Source of the DNA: Octopus vulgaris
Lineage: Eukaryota
NCBI GenBank assembly: GCA_951406725.2
Contig: OX597815.1
Span: 12,214,001-12,278,000, forward strand
Length of the DNA: 64,000 nucleotides
Direction of reading: 5' to 3'
How positions within the stretch are numbered: the first letter of the stretch is position 1; every line of letters starts with the position of its first letter. Position numbers and translations under genes: made by a program. This document shows positions 13,470 through 23,339 of the stretch, in pieces. A model generated the notes under the pieces. The model was not told the DNA's origin, ran no database searches, and saw only the letters and a program-made list of their open reading frames with translations.

Positions 13470-14790
13470 AGTACTAGATAGACAATGGCTCTATCCGTCT
13501 ATCCTGTGCAATCGAGTTCTTACGGGAATAGGTGTGTTTATATGGGGAGTACTTTCGACAGATCTTGCTCAACTCTTCGTATAAAAACTACATTCTTTTG
13601 TTCATACTGAGGATGCCAATATGATGGGACTAGTTATTTTTTTAAGATTTTAGTTTCGATATCCTTCCACTTGGCCTCCCTAAACTTCTGGTTCATGTTT
13701 GATGATTATTGTGTGCATTGCCCTCTTTGAACCATATTATATATAATTGTATAAAGTATATAGGAGCACTCCGTCGGTTGCGACGATGAGGGTCCCAGCT
13801 GATACGATCAACGGAACAGCTTGCTCGTGATATTAACGTGCAAGTGGCTGAGCACTCCACAGACACGTGTACCCTTAACGTAGTTCTCGAGGAGATTCAG
13901 CGTGACACACAGAATGTGACAAGGCTGGCCTTTTGAAATACAGATACAAGAGAAACAGGAAGAAAGAGCGAGAGAAAGTTGTGGTGAAAGAGTACAACAG
14001 GGTTCACCACCACCCCCTGCCGGAGGCTCGTGGAGCTTTAGTTGTTTTCGCTCAATAAACACTCACAATACCCGGTCTGGGAATCGAAACTGCGATCCTC
14101 CGACCGCGAGTCCGCTGCCCTAACCACTGGGCCATTGCGCCTCCACAATTGTATAAAGTAGCAGGGTGACAAATAGTAGGAATTAAGTGAACGTTGTGAT
14201 TGAAGTCTGTATTGGTCGTAAAGACTAGGTCACGTAATGTTATTTTTCCCTAGTTGGACAGGTAATGGCTTGTTAAACGAGGATATATCTAGCGGTATTT
14301 AGGAAAAAATTCATATACCTCCTGCTTAGTTGTTTAGTTCCAGACTGGATATAGCACTCGTGCCAGCTGAGAGAAGCAAATTCAAAGTCATCTGTTAGTA
14401 GTACAATGGCCTGTGAGCTGGCCTCACGTAAAGTTTGATTTGTGAATGACAAAGCATCCCTCAAGTAATCTCCATTGATGGCTGCACGCACGAGGAGGAT
14501 GGTAGATAAAGCCTATTATCAAACTGAGATGTATCACGTGCATTGTTAGTGTATCGTACACTGTGCTGGAGTAAGAGAGGAGGATATTTGTTGTAGATGT
14601 TCACCGATAAAGCGCGTTATTCCTCCTTGCTTCCGCATTCCGTGGTCTGTTCTGCGTTGCATGTAACCTGACATATGTACTTCCACGTCGAATATGCCTG
14701 GTGTCAGAAGTGTTTCACTTAGTGACACACATTATCTTCTCACTGAAGGCAATGTATCTGAGATGTCAGGCTTCTGTTCCACGTGCGAAG
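13470..14790 (-). mobile_element. CR1/L2-like LINE ORF2 relic (APE endonuclease and linker), interrupted by SINE family C
   Basis: Minus-strand peptides SLSETLLTPGIFDVEVHMSGY...RKQGG, IYHPP and IVLLTDDFEFASLSW correspond to APE motifs ETW, YRPP and GDFN. Beyond the SINE it continues KFREAKWKDI...ICRKYSP. Confidence 0.65.
13759..14146 (-). mobile_element. SINE family C (tRNA-derived head), full length with 14-bp TSD
   Basis: Reverse-complement head gtggaggcgcaatggcccagtggttagggcagcggactc...gtttcgattccc carries A and B boxes. Exact direct repeat AATTGTATAAAGTA at 13745-13758 and 14147-14160. Confidence 0.9.
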
Positions 14791-14811
14791 TATCAGAGAC
14801 CTTGTATGTTC

Positions 14812-14837
14812 TATCTCTCTGTCTATCTAATCTATCA

Positions 14838-14872
<35 letters not shown>

Positions 14873-14873
14873 A

Positions 14874-14938
<65 letters not shown>

Positions 14939-14970
14939 CCTATGTATATATCTATCTCCTATCTATCTAT
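14812..14970. repeat. (TATC)n microsatellite
   Basis: Direct reading. Confidence 0.95.
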
Positions 14971-14978
14971 ATACATAT

Positions 14979-15375
14979 AGGAGTCGCTGTGTGGTAAGTA
15001 GCTTGCTTACCAACCACATGGTTCCGGGTTCAGTCCCACTGCGTGGAATCTTGGGCAAGTGTCTTCTGCTATAGCCCCGGGCCGACCAATGCCTTGTGAG
15101 TGGATTTGTTAGACGGAAACTGAAAGAAGCCTGTCGTATATATGTATATATATATATATGTGTGTGTATGTGTGTGTATGTCTGTGTTTGTCCCCCTAGC
15201 ATTGCTTGACAACCGATGCTGGTGTGTTTACGTCCCCGTCACTTAGCGGTTCGGCAAAAAATAGACCGATAGAATAAGTACTGGGCTTACAAAGAATAAG
15301 TCCCGGGGTCGACTTTTCCGACTAAAGGCGGTGCTCCAGCATGGCCTCAGTCAAATGACTGAAACAAGTAAAAGA
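14979..15375 (+). mobile_element. SINE family A, near full length
   Basis: tRNA-like A box and B box (ggttcagtccc), CORE-like ttgggcaagtgtctt, central (TA)/(TG) tract, and tail aatgactgaaacaagtaaaaga. At least eight other copies occur in the window. Confidence 0.92.
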
Positions 15376-15436
15376 ACAGAAAAAAAGAATATATATATAC
15401 CTATCTCTCTGGCTGTCTATTTATATCTATCTATCT

Positions 15437-15635
15437 ACCGTCAGCGATTTTTTTCCTCCGTCTTCCCTTCTCTGGATCTTTCCTTTTCCTATGTTTCTGA
15501 CGAAGAGCTCCGCTCGAAACGTTAAACCCTCCTTCTTCCCTTCCTTCCTGAGTATCCTATAATACTATATTTGTTCCACGTCCTCGCGTTGTTGTGTTGT
15601 GTTTTCTCTTTGTGTTTTCATGTTTAGATTAACTT
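15437..15635 (+). mobile_element. Short PLE-type tail element with hammerhead motif (copy 2)
   Basis: Homolog of 8460-8668; 3' end abuts (TA)n. Confidence 0.75.
15493..15527 (+). ncRNA. Minimal type I hammerhead ribozyme, canonical core
   Basis: GUUU-CUGACGA-A-GAGC-UCC-GCUC-GAAA-CGUU-AAAC: stem I GUUU/AAAC, core CUGANGA plus one extra A, stem II GAGC/GCUC, GAAA, palindromic stem III ACGU, predicted cleavage after GUU. Confidence 0.7.
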
Positions 15636-16532
15636 TATATATATATATATATACATATATATATCAATCTACCTATCTATTTACATATCGATCGATCGAA
15701 AGAGTAAAGTAAATGAAAATATAGGTATGTACGAATACTAATACACATATATACACAAGTGTGTGTGTGTGCTTCTTTGTTAGATAGATAGGAAAAGTAA
15801 AGAATGATAGACGTATTGAGCAAAATATATTTGCGAGCATAATTAAAATAGCTTCTTTCCTTTTTTTCACCTTCTTGAGAATTTTCATCTATCTACTGAC
15901 TTTACACACATATTAGCTTTAACTGAAATGCACAGACAGAAAGTAACACGAATTTGCTGCTTCATTTAGGTGCTGTGACACGGAGAGTTGTGATCTAACA
16001 TCTCGGTGTTGTATAGTTAATGATTCAGACACAAATACACTTCTTAGAAAATTATTTCCCAAACTATAGATAATATTAGTTAGTTGCATGCATTCCATGT
16101 GTTATAAGGAGGCAATTAGTTTATTAGAAATGACTAATGATCGCACCGCCAAACGAATTACATCGTAATTAGGTATAAACTTAAAACGTTCTAAAAGTTT
16201 GAAAGACGATATGTTAATTATTAATGGGAAGCATTCCTAAATAGTTAATGCACAAGCATTATGGCAAGCCAGCGCCATATTATACTGGTAAATACTGCTG
16301 AACTAAGGAATAATTTGAGTTTACACTAAAAATTTGAGACATAATTAATTGCTACATTTGGTTTGGAAATAACATTGATAGAGGAGAAGTAAACTATACC
16401 TTCCCATTTCACCCACCCTCACTTAATAGCTTTACAACGTTTTCATAAATGTCAGTATCTACGATATGCATATATGTATGTTTGTATGTATGAATGAGTA
16501 TATGCCCGTATATGTACCTAGTGAGAGAGAGG

Positions 16533-16570
<38 letters not shown>

Positions 16571-16951
16571 TTTATATACTTGTATTATAACCACATATCT
16601 GTGTATTTATATATATATAAATACATATATCTATGCATCAAGTTATGTGTGTGCTGTATGTGTGGTTTTATATGTGCGTTACTCTCTGTCAGACAAAATA
16701 CAAAACGACAATGAAAAAAATCTGCACCAAGCAGATTTGAATTCTAGGAATATGTTTATATCATACCAGCAGTCTTACATTAGGAAATGTAGCTTTAATT
16801 TTTAGTATAAGTGAGACAAATGTTACACACCTGTACCGTTTTGGGTCATTAGTAAATTTGATGAAAGCAACTAGCGGATGAACAACGAGAAGAAAACCGA
16901 TGCACAAGGAATGCAAATATATTTCTTCCAGGATTTACATTCATACAATCA

Positions 16952-17591
16952 TGAGGGGAACTCAAAAATTATCCGAACTTTTCCCATGCCATCTTTATTA
17001 CTGTCAAACTGCCCTCTACGCATGCGTGCTTATAGTTGGTAGTATTGTGGTCACGTGATCGAAGTTTGAGCCACGCCGTTTTTCGTTCTGGCCGCTCCAC
17101 TAGCAATGTGTACCAAAGAAGAACAAAGAGCAGTGATCCGATTTATCTGGTCGGAAGGTGTGTCAGGTGTTGAAATTCATTGGAAGCTTTTAGCACAGAA
17201 CTGGGAGAGGGCACTACTGGGTACAGGTGTATATGAAAGGATCGAGATGTTTAGAAGTGGCCAGACAAGCGTGACGCACGAAGAGAGAGAGCAGGACGTC
17301 CGTCAACCTCCACCACTGACGAGAAGATTCAGCAAGCTCGAGAGATGGTAATGGTGAACAGGTTCACTCTTACCATCTCTCGGATCACTGCTCTTTGTTC
17401 TTTGGTGCACATTGCTAGTGCAGCGGCCATGCTTACACTGTAAAGCCAGAAAGAAAAATGGCGTGATCAGGCTCAAACTTCGATCACGTGACCACAATAG
17501 AACCGATTATAAGCACGCATCCATAGAAGGCAGTGTGACAATATTACGTTATGTGGTAGTGAAAGTACGGATAATTTTTTAGTTCCCCTCA
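16952..17591 (+). mobile_element. Mariner-derived fold-back non-autonomous element
   Basis: Termini tgaggggaact and agttcccctca, with about 190-bp imperfect inverted arms. The internal peptide MCTKEEQRAVIRFIWSEGVSGVEIH...FRSGQTSVTHEER is a mariner transposase N-terminus. Confidence 0.88.
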
Positions 17592-17849
17592 TTTTTGTCA
17601 CAGAATGCAATGTGATGATAATAAAGATATGTTATGGTGAAAGTGCGGATAATTTTTGATTTCTCCTCGTTTTCATTGCTTTCTGATTTACATTTTTTCT
17701 TTTCTTTCATGAAGTAGTAATATTTTGAATTTTATTTCTATTTTCTTTCATTTTATCTTGTGTTTAGTGTTGACCAAGATTATAGTGTTCAACCTAATTC
17801 TTGGAGTTCATAGTTTGACCATAATAGTAGACTAATGACCTGAGTGTAA

Positions 17850-19140
17850 ACACTTCAACTACCTCCAAAAATATCCAGTGATTGTTCTTATTCCTGATGC
17901 TTTCTCACAACAGATTTGTTGCTTTCTCAAATACGATTTGGAAACCTCTACAAATAATTGGCTTAACGCGTGAATTTCAGTATCTATTTAGTTGATTATT
18001 GTGATTTAGAGTAAGTTAACTTTGTGCAACGAAGAGTAACAAATTCAATGGAGTATTTTCTTAGCTTGTTAGTGTTTTGCTTTTCAGGCAACTTGAAATA
18101 GTGCTTTAGGCGATTCGATTGGAGTGCTTTTAGGAATGCTATCCATTTGGAGTCAGTTTTTACTTGTTTTGCAGAACAAGGAATGAAGACTGTTGAAGAG
18201 GGGGATATTTTGCTAAGACTGGTGAGTTATGCGTTTGTGTTGGCAAAAAATGTTTATGCTGGTTATATGTATGGATATCGGTCTCGAAAATATTGCGTAA
18301 ACTTTGGTGTTTTTTGTTTTCTTTCGTACATAAATCAATTCCATGCACTTGCATTTCCTTTCATCAGAGAATCCAGAAGCGTGTGAAGCTATAGAAGGCA
18401 GCATGTCCGTGGTGGGGAATAGATAGTGATGGTAATTGTAACATAAGATATCTTATATTTATATATTCCACGTTGATAATTTTCTCTTGAGTTCTAGCAT
18501 TTCTCCTGTGATGCAGTGTTCTATAGTTATTCGAGTATAAAATGAAGCGTGTTTTTGTAATGCCAGCTTTATCGAATTTGTTGTGTTGTATCCATTGTAA
18601 TCTTGAATTTCAGTAGCCTTCTGCTGCGGTTGCAGTTTTGTAGCTTGTGTCGTAGTTTAATGCTGACTGAAAGTATGCAAAAATGTTTAGTTACGTCTTG
18701 TTAGTGTTAGGCTTTTAATGTTCTCTTCCAGTAAATTCAGTTCTTATGGTTACTTTGCATGTGAACAAAGATGTCGATTTTCTCTGGTATTATTTGTATT
18801 TTCTGTGAAATTGTTATTTAATTTCATATAATCCCTGTCAACCTACAAGCCATGCGTAATGATGTACTATGCGAAGCAAGGGCAGTGTTACACCTGAACA
18901 TTTTAATAAAATACACTTATATACGTCACAATTTTTTGAATAATTTGTTGTGTTGTTGCATGAACTGTGATCTTTTTCTATTGCGGATTTCAGTCTCAGA
19001 GATTTCAACAGGCTTGCACTTAATAAGTTGGGCATTGAAATGTTTCTTCATATTTGGTGTAGAGCTGATTTTCGAATTGATCTCTTGAAATTTTCATCAT
19101 CATACATGAGTACTTCTTGGCTTGGCAATCCGTCGCATTT
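17850..19140 (-). mobile_element. Highly degenerate Penelope-like element (RT to GIY-YIG)
   Basis: Minus-strand KCKCMELIYVRKKTKNTKVY...HITSIN...HKRIT resembles the PLE GIY-YIG region. Many frameshifts. Confidence 0.35.
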
Positions 19141-19146
19141 ATACAT

Positions 19147-19165
19147 TTTGGTTTTAGAAAATTTC

Positions 19166-19245
<80 letters not shown>
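19147..19245. repeat. (TATC)n microsatellite at the 5' junction of the Tx1-like LINE
   Basis: Direct reading. Confidence 0.95.
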
Positions 19246-19246
<1 letters not shown>

Positions 19247-20331
19247 GGAAACTGTCCCTAAAAGGTTGGGCGGAGGTGGCGAACACGTACATCGCGTCCA
19301 TCATCTACAACCACCTGACCGTCGTACCTTGTCCCGACCTTACCATCACCAAACTAGAACGCATTTTCTTCCGCTTCTTGTGGAAAGGATGCGTCCCGAT
19401 GGTCAGGCGATCCATTTGCTGTCAACAACCGTTAAAAGGAAGGCTGGGCATGCCGTGGTTGATGATGCGCAGACACGCGCTGAGACTGCGACATCTCCGG
19501 CTCTATGTAGACGACGGTGAACAGGTGTGGTCGCCGTTTGTGAGGCACGCGTTCCCGCAGCTCGTCTCCATGACCGAACTGCAGTCGAGGATCAAAAAGA
19601 GGCCGAGGAAGGGCGAATGGCACCGCGAGTGTCGCGTTGCTCTCAAGCAACTCTGCCGTCCCGGGTCGACCTTGAGTGACTTCAACACAACCAAAGCATT
19701 CTATAGGGGATTAGTGGAGGGGAGGTACGACGACGATCTTGGGGCAAACCTGGGCGTCGACGAGGAATACCTGACCCGCCTGTTTGAAACGACTTTTGGG
19801 CCGGGACCTATGGACAACTTCCAGGGATCCCTGTTCTGGCGGTGCTACCGAGTAGCGCTACCCGTTCGGGATAAGCTCTATAGGCATGGCTCGAGAAACA
19901 CGGGGCCGACCTGCCCGAGATGCGGACAGAGCGACGAAACCGCTCTGCATGCAATCGTGCAGTGCCCAGCAATTTCCGACCTGTGGGCTTATGTCGAACG
20001 GCTGCTGTCACATGTGGGACGTGTCGGTTTATCAGCCGAGTCTATCGTTAATATCGTCACGCCTCCTTCTTTCAAACGGGAAGGAAGAGCTATTTTTATC
20101 ATACTTGTGGCTATGGCGAAAGAATGTATCTGGTGGACGCGCCTGAAAGGATTAGAGATAAACCCTTTCCTCTCTGGTCAATCTCTCATCAACTTCTTCA
20201 AGTATCACTTGAAGAGGAAAGTGAGAGTAGAGAGGCAAGTTTTGTCTAGTGAATGTTTTAAAAAAATATGGGTGAATATAGCAAGGATGGCACGTATGAA
20301 TGACGAAGCCGCCTTGACTATGATTCTATGA
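19246..20331 (+). pseudogene. Truncated LINE ORF2 (about 360 codons, zf-RVT-like domain)
   Basis: Part of track ORF 19117..20331. The first 43 aa of that ORF are flank and microsatellite read-through, not part of the element. Confidence 0.8.
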
Positions 20332-20675
20332 ACCGTAAAAATTAATACAGAGAGTTGCTTATTTGCAAAAGAAAAAAAAAGAAATATAACATGTGACTTC
20401 ATTGACCGAGGTTACCGTGGTCTTTTCCGTAGGCTTTTCGTTCCACGGGTAAACCTCACCTGTCCTCCCCATTACAATTCATATTAACATTTCTGAGATA
20501 ACGATCCCTACTGATCAATCCCCCCCCTTTTTTTATTTCATTTTGGGCTTCTTTCTTTCCCTTTACGATCCCTTTTGATCGAAAACCAAACCCCCTTTTT
20601 TTTACCCCCAAAAGAAAAGCTCTACCTTGTAATTTGTCCTGTCTGTGTGCAGCCCTGTGTGGCTAATAAAGAAAC
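19246..20675 (+). mobile_element. Tx1/L1-clade LINE, 5'-truncated (ORF2 C-terminal third and 3' UTR)
   Basis: Uninterrupted frame to the stop at 20331: RKLSLKGWAEVANTYIAS...FFRFLWKG...PLKGRLGMP (post-RT motifs LSLxGR, FLW, GGLG) and the zinc-binding motif CPRCGQSDETALHAIVQC. GC-rich against background; ends aataaagaaac followed by (TATC)n. Confidence 0.88.
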
Positions 20676-20949
20676 ATATCTATCTATCTATCTCGCTGGC
20701 TATCTATTTATTATTTATCTATCTCTCTTTCAATCTACCAACCGACCTAGTTACCTACCTACCTACCTACCTACCTAACAGCCTGTATATCTGTCTGTCT
20801 GTCTATCTATCCATCTATCTTTCTAACTGTCTGTCTATATATACATGTACGTATATATGTTTCTATACAGGTATATATGCATGTTCCAACGTATGTATGG
20901 GCTTACTAACATAACAGGACATGTGCACTAACGGTCTGTAATCTGATAT

Positions 20950-21710
20950 ATCACGTAGCTTATATTTTGCCGTGTGAGGATGCGTCTTTTCGTCCCGTAT
21001 GTCTGATCACAAAACAACATGCAAATATAGGGAGAAAGAATACATACAAATATACACATCTCTATAGTAACAGCATATATATCCACCATGCCCTAGAAAT
21101 TACATAAAGACGGCTCCGTCCTTAATTCAGCCAAATACTATCGAGACTCAAATGGATAAGGCGCTATTAAACGTGAAACTTATGAAACCCTTCTGCACCC
21201 GGACAGTATAGAATACTTTAAACAAACACCAAACAACCAACCGAACAGCAAATATATATGTTAATGCCGGAATACATGTATTATTGCCTGATCTACCAAA
21301 ATATCGAACACATCTTCCCCCATAACAGCATATTCTGTTGAGACAAGAACACATTTGGTAAAGTAAACTTGGACATAATACTAGATCATGTTGGAGAATC
21401 GTGACTGGAAAACTTTTGACTATGTCTACTAAATCAGAGATGACTTTGGGGCTACCCGATAAAACGTATACACATTACGTACAAAACACAATACAGTACC
21501 TTCAAAGAAGCGAATTAATGCAATGCATGCAAAATCAATACTAGGCTCAGGAGTGGCTGTGTGGTAAATAGCTTGCTAACCAACCACATGGTTCCGGGTT
21601 CAGTCCCACTGCGTGGCATCTTGCGCAAGTGTCTTCTGCTATAGCCCCGGGCCGACCAATGCCTTGTGAGTGGATTTGGTAGATGGAAACTGAAAGAAGC
21701 CTGTCGTATA

Positions 21711-21774
<64 letters not shown>

Positions 21775-22700
21775 TGTGTGTGTATATGTTTGTGTGTCTG
21801 TGTTTGTCCCCCTAGCATTGCTTGACAACCGATGCTAGTGTGTTTACGTCCCCGTCACATAGCGGTTCGGCAAAAGAGACCGATAGAATAAGTACTGGGC
21901 TTACAAAAAGAATAAGTCCCGGCGTCGATTTGCTCGACTAAAAAGGCGGTGCTCCAGCATGGCTGCAGTCAAATGACTGAAACAAGTAAAAGAGTAAAAG
22001 AGTAAAACAGGGAGATGAACCAACGTTACATAGATTACGTGTTGTAACAGCTTTTCATCAGACAACGATAACTTTACAAGAAATGTTAACAAAATACAAA
22101 GAACGCATAATAACATACACTATGCACTTGAAACTAAACACCGCGTATATGGAACAATCTCTAACCGACTCTGTTATTTCCAAAAGTTATTTCAATAACC
22201 CCGAACGACAATCAGAACAGTATCATTCTACATTTGAACTCATGCACAGCATTAACAATGTGTTATGATTTACCCGTTTAAGGTAGAGCCAAAATGACAA
22301 TAGAGAAAATCGTACTGACGAGACGGTTAACCCCGAGCGCAGGTACAGACTAACAAACAAATTCATACGATAAAGCATAGACACCTATGGATCCAGGAAG
22401 AAGAATATATTTGAATTACTAGATCTAAGTACTGCACCTAATCAACTTCGTACTCGAGATTTGTTATGCCATGGATTCTATAACTACAAAAATAACACCT
22501 AAATGAACTACTATGATTTACCATTATGTTTTGTTTTCCATCAACACAAGAAGCAGCATAACAAATATCAATATGTAAAGATATTTTGTTAATGCATGCT
22601 TTTCGTCGGTACAAAGTATAAAACGGAAAACAAAATAAAATTGTGCTGGTTGCTTTGTTTTTCACCAAAAATATTTCAAGAACTACAGAAATTGATGAAA
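20950..22700 (+). mobile_element. Possible very old Penelope-like relic interrupted by SINE A
   Basis: Only traces remain: a YRDD-like RDDFG at about 21437-21452, an NAMHAKS-type segment before the SINE, and a CT.SNxV-like segment at about 22430. Confidence 0.25.
21544..22007 (+). mobile_element. SINE family A, full length
   Basis: Runs from ggctcaggagtggctgtgtgg to an (agtaaaag)n tail, with an expanded central (TA)n. Confidence 0.93.
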
Positions 22701-23339
22701 AAAAAAAAGGATACAAGAAATTAGAATACACACAATATAATATTTAACAGTTCTCCCATTCTTCCAAATAAACTTATCTTGTAAGTTCGTTCGGGTGTGC
22801 ATATTTATGTGTTTATGTGTGTGTTTACGTGTGTGTGTACGTGTGTAAGTCTGTGTATGCAAGTGTGTGTGTGTATATGTGTGTGAGTGTATGTGCATGT
22901 GACTATGTGTGTGTGTGTATGTGTGTGTATGGTGTGCACTAAAGGATGTGCCGTTTAGTGCAGCAATAGAAATCCTGGCAACAGCTTAAGGGTTGTTTCT
23001 GCTTAATTTAATTTGGCCATTGTCCAAAAGATATTTTTCATCGATTCAATATTTTCATCTTAGCAAAGTCCTATTCCCAGAATGTCCAGTTTAAAATATG
23101 AAAATTTTAATATATTTCACTACACAATATTTCCCATTGTTACCTCTACAATAGTATGTTATTATTACCATTTTATTTGACTCATAAGCTCACATATTAA
23201 ATTCGAACATACTACACACATTCATCTGCTCTTCTAATAAAATTCAACCCATCTTTGCTACTCTATTCTTTATCTTTTCCTTTCCATACATGTCTCTATT
23301 TTTTCATATATTAACACACATACATGCGTACACCTCTTC

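Noticed and set aside
14070-14146. tRNA gene
   Set aside because: A and B boxes are present, but the sequence is the head of a TSD-flanked SINE; the same applies to the family A and B heads.
19117-20331. 404-aa ORF as a host gene
   Set aside because: It is a LINE ORF2 C-terminus; the apparent start is a TTG upstream of a (TATC)n tract.
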